A stretch of 42,795 nucleotides of DNA from Welwitschia mirabilis (lineage: Eukaryota), in contig JBOZIK010000001.1 of NCBI GenBank assembly GCA_051453625.1, forward strand, positions 9,256,858 through 9,299,652. Direction: 5' to 3'. The notes below the pieces were generated by a model, which did no database searches, was not told the origin of the DNA, and worked only from the letters and a program-made list of their open reading frames with translations. This document shows positions 1-10,758 of this stretch, one piece after another. The stretch's first letter is position 1, and each line of letters opens with the position of its first letter. Position numbers and translations under genes: made by a program.

Positions 1-414
1 ATGTTTTACATCAGCCAGTTCTTCACTGTCAGTCACTCCAGTCTTCCATTTGAGGGGCTTATTAGTTTGCTATACAGAAGGATGAGGAACTTGTCTCCCA
101 AGCCACTGGGGTTATATTTCCTTAAAAAAATGAACATATTCTATGAAACTATTAGACCTGCTCCTCCTCTGAAGAAGAAACAGAGAACAGAAGAAGGGCC
201 AAGCATAGGTGAAGTATCAAATGCTGATTTACTTCGGGCTATTCATGAGGTTCGTGACTTCACCAAGGCCATAACTAACAAGTTAAACAGGAAAATCGAC
301 CGTGTTCTCTTTGGATTACCAGCTTATGGTTTAGATATTCCTGCCAGCTCAGAAGAAGCAGCAGCACTAGGAGAGCAGCCATCTTTAGCTTCATCACCTT
401 GTCACTCTTCCTAG
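1..414 (+). CDS. C-terminal part of a Sirevirus env-like accessory ORF (5' partial)
   Basis: Open frame just upstream of the multi-PPT and 3' LTR. SLPFEGLISLLY resembles ALLYSVLITKIC in the env-like ORF at 25816-26361; coiled-coil-like end (ADLLRAIHEVRDFTKAITNKLNRKIDRVL). Confidence 0.6.
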   Translation: MFYISQFFTVSHSSLPFEGLISLLYRRMRNLSPKPLGLYFLKKMNIFYETIRPAPPLKKKQRTEEGPSIGEVSNADLLRAIHEVRDFTKAITNKLNRKIDRVLFGLPAYGLDIPASSEEAAALGEQPSLASSPCHSS

Positions 415-570
415 CCTTCCCTTGTCTTTTTCTTCATCTTATCTCTTCTAATCTTTTTGTATTGAACTCTCTCTGCAAAAATGTAATTTCTCTTTGGTAA
501 TACAAACATCTTTTGGGTTATTTTTTGTGTGTCTCTCCTCTATTTGTTTGTGTTACTTTTCATTGATGAC

Positions 571-797
571 AAAGGGGAAGAAAAATATGCGATTAATTTA
601 CATTTGTTTTTGGCTAACAATTGAAAATGGAGAATTTTTGTACATAATAGGTACCAACAAATTATGGGGGAGCGTTGTTTCAGCTAGCTCCTAGATTTAT
701 CTAACTATGGGGGAGCAATCTGTTTTCTTCCCAAATCATGAAAATCAAATCCTAACTTACGCACATTCAAAGTTTGTCATCATTGAAAAGGGGGAGA
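571..797 (+). promoter_or_regulatory. Multiple polypurine tract cluster
   Basis: AAAGGGGAAG (571), ATGGGGGAG (664), ATGGGGGAG (707), AAAAGGGGGAGA (786) before the LTR start at 799. Confidence 0.75.
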
Positions 798-798
798 T

Positions 799-1877
799 TG
801 TTGGACCATACGTTCTCAATGATGAAGATTCTCAGTCAGAAGACAAGCTTTCTCTAGATCGAGACGTCTGCCCTATATAATTGGGACGTCCGACCATGTA
901 TGTGGTTTTATATACTGGGACGTCCGCCCTGAGAAATCAGGACGTCTGGAACCATACTTGGGTGTTTATACTGGGACGTCCACAGTGTGAATCCAGGACG
1001 TCTGACCCTGTATATGGGTTTGCTATTCCTGGACGTCCGCCCTAAGAAATCGGGACGTCCACCCTAAGAAATCAGGACGTCCGACCCTATACACGAATTT
1101 CTGTACCGGGACGTCCGCTCGGTGAAATCGGGACATCCAACCCTGTATTCAGTTTTTCTAGGAAAGGAGATTAAAAACCAGGACGTCCGAATTTCCTCGA
1201 TGGGACGTTGGGGCTTATATTCATTGACGCGAAAATATAGCCGTCTATAAACGTTAACCACGGGTTTTAATTTTTCAACTGCCATTTATGGGCATTGGGC
1301 TTGTGATTAGAAGATCAAAGACCTAGCTTTTCTTCTTGTGCATATATATATTCCTAATGGATTGAAAAAAGATAATGCCTATCTTTTGAAAAGATCTTTT
1401 GGAGTTTTGAAAAAGGTTTTCTACAATCTAAAAGTTGTCTTTTTTGATCTGTGTTATCTATCAATCAACAAAGGATTATCTAAGCATTAAATGCGATGAC
1501 ATGTGCTAGATCTAGGCACTCTCCTATCAGAGATCTCTCTCTCTCTCTCTATATATATGTATAGAGGCTCAAGGGTTTGAGCAGAGGACTATAAGCCCTA
1601 AGAATTCCGTGTGAAGGAGTGGTTATAAAAGAACTCTGATTAAGGAAACCAGGAAGCTGATAGTTGTTTGCTGCTCCCTGAGAGTGGAGTACACTTAACC
1701 GAACTGCTATAAAAATCTGGTGCACGTGTTTCTTACTCTTAGTTTTTATTTATGTATCGGTTTTATTGATTCCCTCTTGTGTTGTCAAATCTATAATATT
1801 AATTTTGCTAAATAAGTTTTATTACCCTATTCACCCCCCCCAACCCCCTCTCTAGGGTGCCCCTAAGGATCCTAACA
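799..1877 (+). repeat. Sirevirus 3' LTR (about 1.08 kb)
   Basis: TG...CA ends with imperfect terminal inverted repeat, follows the PPT, TATATATA near 1343, GAGTGGAGTA motif shared with the LTR at 21858-23060. Confidence 0.85.
863..1209. repeat. Array of 13 (G)GACGTC(C) palindromes in U3
   Basis: Cores start at 863, 885, 919, 941, 975, 997, 1032, 1054, 1076, 1110, 1132 (GACATC), 1182, 1204 (GACGTT). Confidence 0.9.
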
Positions 1878-2257
1878 CTCTTTTGTTGCAATTTTCATTT
1901 CCCTTTAACTCACACAAGATATCTCTACTCTATAACCAAGACACAATTATAAACAATCCTTATAAACCTAACTCAAGATATATCTACACTACCCAATTAA
2001 GTATCTTCCAGGTTTCATCATCCACTCAAAAGGAGTTTGTTACCTACCCAAAGTTTCAAAGATGCACTTGTGGTTGATATCACTACTTGTGATGACCAAG
2101 CAAGGCCAAATTCCTGGAATCAAGAACATATCCCAACTTCAAAATGGTATAAACTACTCGTATAATATGTGAAAAATCATTTAGGTGATTTTCAAATATG
2201 GTGCCCAACCACAATAGAAAAGGATTTTGTAAAATGTAAAGAGAACCTACTTAATGG

Positions 2258-2716
2258 TGTTACAAAAATACACAACAACAAAGCGATTAAGGAAAGCAGC
2301 AAGAGAACACAAAGATAATGATTTACGTGGAAAACCATAGTGAGGAGAAAAACCACAGGAAAGCACTGCAGAGCTCTATTATCTTTTTGAAAGATTACAA
2401 GCCAAGAATAGGTTTCAAGCCAACAACAAGCTTTAGGCAAGAATGCCTCATAGAACTCTATCAACTCAATCTCTCTCTCATATAAACAACCCTCACACTG
2501 CTATTAAATAGGCCAAGGGTTACAGCCAATTAGGGTTACAAGCCAAAACCCTAAAGAGCGTATCATCCCTCTCTTAACACACGTCCCATCTCTACCTAAC
2601 GCCCCCAAGGATGGTTTTAAAATAGAAACCTCCTCTTACAATATTAAAGTGGAGCCAATGAAAAACATAATGTTAGGGACATTACAAAAGAATAAATTTG
2701 GCTTCACATATCAACA
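2258..2716 (-). repeat. 3' LTR of copia A
   Basis: TGTTA...TCAACA, next to the PPT; right part homologous to 6828-6995; left edge inferred by comparison with the LTR at 10759. Confidence 0.75.
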
Positions 2717-2793
2717 TTCTCCCACTCGAAGAGAAATTTAGCACATCTTCGAGTGCAGCTCTAGAGATGCATTGCTTTCCAAGCTTGCTCGGA

Positions 2794-5700
2794 TCACGTG
2801 TCCAAGTGTATGCCATGACAGCACCGCTGATGTTTATATCCATTTATAGCCTTGGTCAAGAAAGCTACAAGATTCGCATGTGTATGGATTTTGTGAACAC
2901 CCAGCTTATTCTCCTCTAATGCTTCCCTGATGAAGTGGTACCTAACATCAATGTGCTTCGTCCGAGCATGGTATGCAACATCCTTTACCGAATAAATGGC
3001 ACTCTGACTATCGCAATAAATCACATCTTGTTGTTATTTCAACTCAAACTAGTGAAGTAAACACCTTAGCCACATCATTTCTTTAGTTGCCTCTGTCATA
3101 GCTATGTACTCTGCTTCTATAGGCGATAAAGCCACGTCTCTTTGCAAACGAGACATCCGACTAACAGGACCACCTCCCATTAAGAAAACATAATCAATAG
3201 TGCACTTTACTGTATCTTTACACTAAGCATAATTAGCATCCACATAACCAACAACATTTAATCCACTATGACCAAAACTCAGGCAATAATTTTGTGCACC
3301 TTTCAGATAGCGCAAGACCCATTTTATAGCTTTCCAATGCTTTGGGCCAGGGTTGCTCATGAAACGTAAGACAGCTCCCACTGCATATGAAATATCCGGT
3401 TTTGTGCAGACCATAGCATACATCAAGCTTCCAATAGCTAAAGCATAAGTAACCGCTTCCATTCTTTCCTGTTCCTCTTCTTTTTTTAGGCAATCCTCCA
3501 GAGACAATTGAAAATGACTTGCAAATGGTGTTCCGACCGGTTTACAGTCAGCTATGTTAAAACATTGTAATACTTGGCCCATGTAATCAGACTGAGTAAG
3601 CCACAGTTTTCCACATGATCTCTCCCTAGAAATTTTCATTCCAAGAATCTGTTTTGCAGGACCCAAGTCCTTGGTTGCAAAGCGATTTCCCATCTCCTTT
3701 TTTAGCCTCTTAATTTCCTATATGTCATTTCCAGCAACAAGCATATCATCAACATACAACAATAAAATAACAATCTTATTAGAAGCCTCTCCACGGAGAT
3801 AAATACAATGATCTACATCACTCCTCCTATATTAAGCTGTCAAATTTCTTATACCATTGCCTCGGTGCCTGTTTCAGACCATACAAACTTCTGTTCAACC
3901 TATAGACCAAGTTCTTCCCCTTGGTTTCAAAACCTCTAGGCAATTTCATAGAAATTCCTTCTTCAAGATCACCATGCAAAAAAGCAGTCTTAATATCCAA
4001 CTGCTCTAATTCCAAATTCAAGACAGCAACAATGGACAAGATAAACACAAATANNNNNNNNNNNNNNNNNNNNNNNNNNNNNNNNNNNNNNNNNNNNNNN
4101 NNNNNNNNNNNNNNNNNNNNNNNNNNNNNNNNNNNNNNTATAACGCTCCTTTCCATTTGCCACTTCCTTTATTTTGAAGACTCATCTATTAGACAAGGCA
4201 TGTTTCCTAGCTAGCAAGGAAACCACATCCCATGTATCATTATGCTTTAAAGCATCTAACTCTTTTTCATTGCAGCATTCCACTTCTCTGAGTTAGGTGA
4301 AAAGACAACTTCTTGATATGTTTCAGGTTCTCCTTTATCTGTGTACAGAATATAATGCAACGACAAAGAATACCTAATAGGTGCTCTATTGGGATGAGTA
4401 GACCTTTTTACCCAATGTGCATGAGTATGAGGCTCTCCTTAATCATCACCTTCTAAAAGATCAAGTTGTTGCAGTTCAAGTAAACTATCTTCATCTCCAT
4501 CATCCTCGTCATTAGGAGGATTACATGCTTTACCGTCATCCTCGTGATCTGGAATTTTAAAAGTCTTTTGCAAAGTGCTAAAGTTAGGAACTCTCTCCTT
4601 CTGGTTCTCTTCTAATGACTTGTAAAATATTTGTTGTTCATAGAAGACTACGTCACCTGATCTGATCACCTTCTTGTCCATTAGATCCCACAACTTGTAA
4701 CCAGATTGTCTCCTCCATAACCTAGAAAAACGCACCTACATGCATGTCCATCCAGTTTTCCTATGTTTTGCTGATGCACATACGTTTCACAGCCAAACAC
4801 CTACAAGTCAGAAAAAGATAGATTCCTCCCACTCCACATGGACTCCAGTATCCCTCCTTGAAGTGTTCAATGTGGTGACCTGTTTATAAGATATGCAGCT
4901 ATATCGATTGCTTCAAACCAAAGACGTTTTGGAACTCCAGATTGCTGCAACAATGAACGCAACCTTTCTAAAACAGTCCTATTATTTCTTTTAGCCACTC
5001 CATTATTCTGAGGTGTATATGGAGGTGCCTTTGTGTGGACAATTCCATCATCTCTACAAAACATCTCAAACTCACGAGAGGTGTATTCACCTCCATTATC
5101 TGTCACCAAGCGTTTAATTTTATAGCTTGATTCATTTTCCACTCTAGCTTTAAATTGTTTCTAAATATCAAAGACTCTATCTTTCGAGTGAATAGAAAAC
5201 AGCCAAGTTTTTCAACTGAAATCGTCAATAAATGTAACAAAATAAGATGCTCCACCAAAAAAGACATCATTGTTATAGGCCCAACAACATCAGAGTAAAC
5301 CAAATCTAACTTTCCAGTGCTTTTATTTCAAAAAATGGATTTCTTAAAGTTTACATGTTTTGCTTTTGCAACAGCACAATCGTTATAGAAATCTAAAGAA
5401 AGAGAATCAAACTATGGAAACAAGTCTTTAGAACTCGAAACCTTCATGCCTATTTCACCAAGATGTCCGAGTCTCTTATGCCAAAGAGACACGTCCTCAT
5501 CACCAGCAACTGCAACACTATGCTTCACCACATCGGCATGCAAAGTGTACAAGGTTCCTTCTTTCTGTCATTGTGCCCGCACCATGGCGCCTTTCGTTAC
5601 TGTCCAGCCACCTACGCCAAAGAAGACTAAACAACTAGCAGCATCCAATTGACCTGCTAAGATTAAATAATAAGTTGATGCACATGTTTAACATCCTAAA

Positions 5701-6725
5701 GAAACAGTTTTTTGCCATTACTTCCTTACAGCATTACAAACCCAATTCCTTTGCTTTCACAGCATTGATCATCCCCCAAATACACCTACTGCTCTGAGAC
5801 TCTGTTATACAAAGAAAACATCAAGACATCTGGGCAGACATGAAAAGAAGAACCAGAAACCAGAATCCAAACATCAAGGCAAGAGTATTGAGAAACATTT
5901 ACTTCTTGTGCATCTGCAATCAACGCAACATCAACATCGCCTTCTGCATTCAACCCTCGTCCTTCTTCTTGGTTCTGCTAGTTACCTCCTTCCTTTTGTT
6001 TATACTTGATTTTCAAATTGTAGCAGTCATTGCGTAAATGGCCTTTCTTCATGCAGTGCCAACATTCAATGCTTTTGTTGACGGATTTTCCTCTACTCTT
6101 GCTTTACCAACATCCTCCTCCTCTAGTCTGAGAACGTCCTTTACGAACAGCAAGGGCTTCTCCAACAGACTCAATAGCCCTAGTCTTGTACCCATCCAGA
6201 AGCTTTGAAATCACAGTATCCAAGTGCAGCATAGTATCTGAGGCAGTCATCAAGATAGTGCGAACAGTCTCCCAAGCATCAAGTAAGGAACTCAAGACTG
6301 CAATTACCCTTAGGTTTTCTTCAAACATAACCCTCAGGTCTTCCAACTATGTGAACAGCCCATTCAGCTCATCCAGGTGTGCTTGCAATGACGCACCTTC
6401 TTTCATCTTCATCTTGAAAACCTTGGTAATAGTATAAAATTGGTTCATGCTAGTAAGCTGATCATACCTCTGCATCAAAATCTACCACAGTTCGACTATT
6501 GTAGAAATCTTGCTATGAGGTTGAAGAATCACATTGCCAAGGCACAGCCGAATCAACAAAATTGCCCTTCTATCAAGTTTCTTCCACTCTTCATCAGGAT
6601 ACTTCTTCAGCCATTCTATGTCAGAAAGTCTAGATGTCGCCTTCGCATCTGCTTCTGTCTTTAGGACAATGTCACATTCCTTTTGACAAAGGATGTCTTT
6701 CATCACAATCTTCCATACGCTCTAG
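2794..6725 (-). pseudogene. Fragmented copia gag-pol polyprotein (element A)
   Basis: VWKIVMKDILCQK (gag), CWHCMKKGHLRNDC zinc knuckle, WILVSGSSFHVC (decayed protease), LWHKRLGHL and TDNGGEY (integrase), QLDIKTAFLHG, SLYGLKQAPRQW and LYVDDML (RT), YCDSQSAI...RTKHIDVRYHFIRE (RNaseH); many stops and frameshifts. Confidence 0.92.
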
Positions 6726-6827
6726 TTTTGACAAAGGATGGCTCGTTTGCAAACACTCCATCGTCGTTTAACTGTACGGCTGTACAGACGGATGCCAAAC
6801 ACGTTGTACGGACATCAAAAAAATTTA

Positions 6828-6995
6828 TAAGCCAAAACCCTGAAGAGGGTATCATCCCTCTCTTAACACATGTCCCATCTCTATCTAACGCCCACAAGGA
6901 TAGTTTTAAAATAGAAACCTCCTTAAAGAGGGGACAAGGAAAAACATAACATAAGGGACATTACAAAATAATAAATTTGGCTTCACATATCAACA
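6828..6995 (-). repeat. Truncated 5' LTR of copia A (U3 part only)
   Basis: Aligns to about 2538-2716; the equivalent of 2258-2535 and the PBS are absent. Confidence 0.8.
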
Positions 6996-7970
6996 TCTAG
7001 CACACATTAGAAACATGGAACGCTATGTGAGGCTGACTAAGAGACTTCACCAAAGGAAAACAATGCCTATGAAAGGATCAGATATGGAGGTTGCAGCTTC
7101 AAGGTGACTAACTCTAGTCCTCTCTTCTAGGTTCATGATTTTCTAGTTGATTCTCGTTTAGACTTGCATTCATTGTTACTTAGTAGAATCAAATCAAGAT
7201 TTCAAGGTAATCACAAAAGCTAATCTTGTCATCCATTGCCTAACTTCTACACTTTCCATTTTGTCTTCAAACAAAACAAAACCCCAAAAAAAAAAAATTT
7301 AAAATACAAGTGTTCAACGACAAAATAAAAATGGAAGATAACAAGTGATTCAAATTGTGAATGAAAAAGAACATGATATAATGTTAGGTAAAATAATATA
7401 AAATGCGTTCCCTTGCCAAATTAGCAATAAAAATGAATGATGTAACAATATAAAAAGGCATAAACATATATTTATCTACTATCAGGAAGAAATCATACCT
7501 CAAATTCAATAGTCTCTTATAAAATCCTTTATCAAATGCATGTATATTTACATCTTATAGGTACAAAACCCTTGCACCAGTCAAGGGTAAAATCCTCTTC
7601 AAAAATGGGAAAAAGGTTAAGACAGCAGCTTAAAGGAGAGCAAGTAGCAAATTCTATGTCCAGATTTTACAAATTCTTGCAGAAAGAGAGGCATTGGAAT
7701 ACTGCAAGAATCTGTTTATCTTTTTCTTTTCTTTCAGATCGCTTATGGCTAGATAATAAAAGGCAAGAATTTATTTATATTTTTCTTGTTGAATTCCTAC
7801 TATGATCACAGAAAAACTACAATGACGGAGGATAACTGAAGAGATAACAACAATTTGGTTTTAGATTTTTTTTTTTTTGATAGGAAAAGAAAATTTACGT
7901 CACTTAAGAATACACATAAAATCCATTTAAAAGAACATGGTCCATCATCTTGCATGCAAGAATGAGTTAC

Positions 7971-8061
7971 CTGCACAGGGGTAGTGTGTTCAGCAGGTTT
8001 TCTCCGAGATCTTGAATTGATAACCTTTCGTGGCTTGGGGCTGTTATCCATGGGTCCAACC
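7971..8061 (-). CDS. NSE4: NSE4-like coding exon 4
   Basis: TGTAG acceptor, CAG|GTAACT donor; encodes VGPMDNSPKPRKVINSRSRRKPAEHTTPVQ. Confidence 0.85.
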
Positions 8062-9111
8062 CTACAATATCCGAGATTTTCAGCTTGATAGAAGAAAGAT
8101 ATTGGGTAAAGAGAACAACTCAATGAAGCGCGACATACATTGTGGAAATTCCTGCAGCATCACAGAAAACACCAGAAGCTTCAAGACCAATATCAGACCA
8201 AGAGATAGAAGGTGGGGTGTAATTCCAAGAAGATGTGCCTTCGAGGTGATTATTACAGTGGCTCCTTAAGAGGGCATTCATGAAATCCAATGGAGAGAAT
8301 CCATCAGAAGCCTTGCTACTCTTAACTGATTCAAAAAAATTGCTTGTTATGTAGAGCAATGCCTCAGCATCTGCTAGTTGTTCACGTGGCCTTTGTACTG
8401 CAAATTAAACAAGGGTTCTCAATTCATGGCAACTGTCCCCATATAAATTTGGAAAAAAGGGAAGGAAAAAAGAAGTATCATCATGCATACTTGCATAGTC
8501 TCTGTATCAGAAGTTAAACTGTACTCTTTTTCCTTTTTTTTTAAATTACTTAAGAAAGGAAAATAAGGAAATGAATCGGAAAAACAGAGAACATGTCTTA
8601 AAAGCACTGGAAGTGAAAATCAAATATATAAGTAGCTGAATCCAATAATGACAAGCACAAAGCTAAGTAAGTCTGTGTAAACAAACTATTTAGTGAAAGC
8701 CAAAGCACATGATTAGACAACAGAAAAGTACCATGATCATGCAATGTTTGAACCTTCGTAAAAAATGAATCGAAATTCTCAGAGTTCATCCTTAGTGGAA
8801 TTTCACGATCCTCTGCATTTCACAATATCTTCAGTATAAGTCTCCAATGTAAGTACTAATCACTCAATTGCTCATAAATACAGTTGGCACTTAAATCTCA
8901 ATTCTTCACCGGTCATTGAGTTCTTAAGATTCCTATACTGAAATCTTAACTTGCGCCTATCAAAGATGGTCTGTTTCTCTTCTTTATTTTCTGCACTGTG
9001 ATAATACATATTCCCTCTTGAGTTATCACCTCCCTGAGGGAGAGGATAAAACACCTGTTGAAAGGCAGTGCAGTTTCCAACTGATCTCTTGGGATGACAT
9101 GCATAATTCAT
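7971..9111 (-). CDS. NSE4: NSE4-like gene (non-SMC element 4, kleisin of the SMC5/6 complex); join of 9111-8910, 8812-8732, 8397-8139, 8061-7971 gives 633 nt / 211 aa, 3' partial
   Basis: GT-AG introns with consistent phases give one open frame: ...DRRKLRFQYRNLKNSMTEDREIPLRMNSENFDSFFTKVQTLHDHVQRPREQLADAEALLYITSNF...DGFSPLDFMNALL...ISWSDIGL...GISTMVGPMDNSPKPRK. This matches recalled plant NSE4 motifs (DRRxLRSxY, VQKPREQVADAEALL, STMLGPM). Confidence 0.88.
8139..8397 (-). CDS. NSE4: NSE4-like coding exon 3
   Basis: TTGCAG acceptor, AT|GTATGT donor; encodes VQRPREQLADAEALL...GISTM. Confidence 0.9.
8732..8812 (-). CDS. NSE4: NSE4-like coding exon 2
   Basis: TGCAG acceptor, G|GTACTT donor, 81 nt, phase 1-1. 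Confidence 0.85.
8910..9111 (-). CDS. NSE4: NSE4-like coding exon 1 (exon starts at 9117 after an acceptor; ATG at 9111)
   Basis: Polypyrimidine tract and CAG|GAAAAGATG; donor G|GTGAAG at 8909; encodes DRRKLRFQY. Confidence 0.8.
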
Positions 9112-10758
9112 CTTTTCCTGAAAAGAAAAATTTTAGCAGTTAGTAACTGAACATAACTTCTAAACAAGCAAGCTAGTTTCTGAAGACTTATTAAAGGCAG
9201 AGGATATTATGACCTTTGCGACTTGGCTAACTTTTGTTAATGAAGCCTAGCATTATAGACAATGCTTCATGTGAAATCTGAAGCACACTAGAAGTTTTTA
9301 GGGTGCTGCAAATAGAAAGAGCAGTGAAGAAACTCCATATCAACAAAGACAAATTCCAGTTCCAGTGAAAAAGGAACAAAGCCCAAATTTATTGCAAATG
9401 AAAATGCAGTGATGGATAACCCAAACAAAGCCACATATAGAGACTATTGATTAATCTATTTCCTTAAACTGTTCTCAAGCTTTAGGCATTATTAAAATGT
9501 ATGACAGATGACCTGTAATTTACATTTTGTCCAGACATTTTATCCAGCTAAAGCATACAATCTTTAAATAAGGTATTTTCCTTTTCTAAATAATGAAAGC
9601 TGTAAAAACAAAGAAACAACCAAGAAATCCATTGAGGGATCAATCAATAAAAATCACTGGAAGGGCAATGCCAATTGGAACCATCAGACTCGAGATGCAG
9701 ACATACCACTCCATTCTTCGAAAACAAAAACGACTTTCACAGCTTAATAGCTTTATCTTCTGTACAGAAAACTGACCACATAACCAAGATGCAGATTCTA
9801 TACTTAAAATTGTTTCCATTCAACACATCACATTCACATAAATATTGTGTACAATCTACTTATCACTGGTTTGCTGTTAGTTTCTTGAAGGGATAATGCT
9901 CAATTCAGCAGATGTTACACCTTAAGTATTTTTTACATGAGAAGAAACTTGAAGAGTTGGAAGTCATTTCACAGAACAATACAGAACATAACACACTAAA
10001 TATCATGAGATTAAAAAAGACATACATAATAATTTAGATGTATTCACTTCGTTGTGTGATGCCCAAAAAGAAGCTCTAAATACTGTTGTCCATCAACTTT
10101 TTAATCTCAAAAGCATTCCCCTTCTATGATTTGTAAGAGCCTTTTTGTTTCATAAGTAAGGATATTTTGTAAAGGCACATGTCAAACACACGTTTACCTG
10201 GTAAAACTATAAAATATCCTATCTGATGTATTATTTGTTGCATCCAAATCCACAGCACAGAGTGGCAATGGCAGATAGACTTTGGTTTTCAGTAGAAGCT
10301 TGAAACTTGAGTATCAAGATGATACAGTCTGACATTAAGCTTCCTCTTGCTCAAAGATCCCAATTCTTTCACCTCATTGCTCTCTCCTTAGTCCTGGAGA
10401 CTTTATAACTCTTTGTAGCATCAGATTTTCTTGTTGATTACATATGCTGTTCTTAACGTCTCATGGTCTTCAATGTTGCATCAAAGTTGGCACCACAATA
10501 TCTCATGGGGCACTTCTAATCACCCGATTTGGAGAATTCATAGTCCTAGAAACTGCAGCAACTAAGCCTTTCATGTGCTAGGACTCAACGTATACACTTA
10601 GGATTCCATGTTTGATAAATCTTCAAGGCTGGTCTAGGGTGGCTCATAGGCAATTGAATTCAAAACCATGCTACTTGCTCAATTTGGGGCTGAGTTACCA
10701 TGTTTTGATGCAACGACATTTCAAACAGCTTTTTTGGGGATACTAGACATTTCCCAAA

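Larger units (their letters stand above)
1..1877 (+). mobile_element. 3' end of a Sirevirus (SIRE/Maximus) Ty1/copia LTR retrotransposon, running off the left edge
   Basis: ORF tail, then several PPT-like GGGGGAG tracts, terminal PPT AAAAGGGGGAGA at 786-797, and an LTR TGTTGG...CCTAACA with a palindrome array and C-rich TATTCACCCCCCC...CTAG U5 end. Confidence 0.85.
2258..6995 (-). mobile_element. Ty1/copia LTR retrotransposon A (Tnt1/Tork-like), degenerate
   Basis: Minus-strand gag, PR, INT, RT and RNaseH remnants between homologous LTR sequences that both end GGCTTCACATATCAACA on the plus strand; PPT (GAGTGGGAGAA on minus) at 2717-2727. Confidence 0.9.

Noticed and set aside
863..1209. CRISPR-like array
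   Set aside because: Repeats are 6-8 bp cores, spacers are similar to one another, and the context is a plant LTR with no cas genes
1064..1285. Short ORFs in LTRs, antisense to pol, or spanning N gaps
   Set aside because: By-products of repeats, antisense frames or Ns with no independent support
10230..10758. Possible gypsy integrase remnant in the intron
   Set aside because: Only vague resemblance in broken frames; no diagnostic motif
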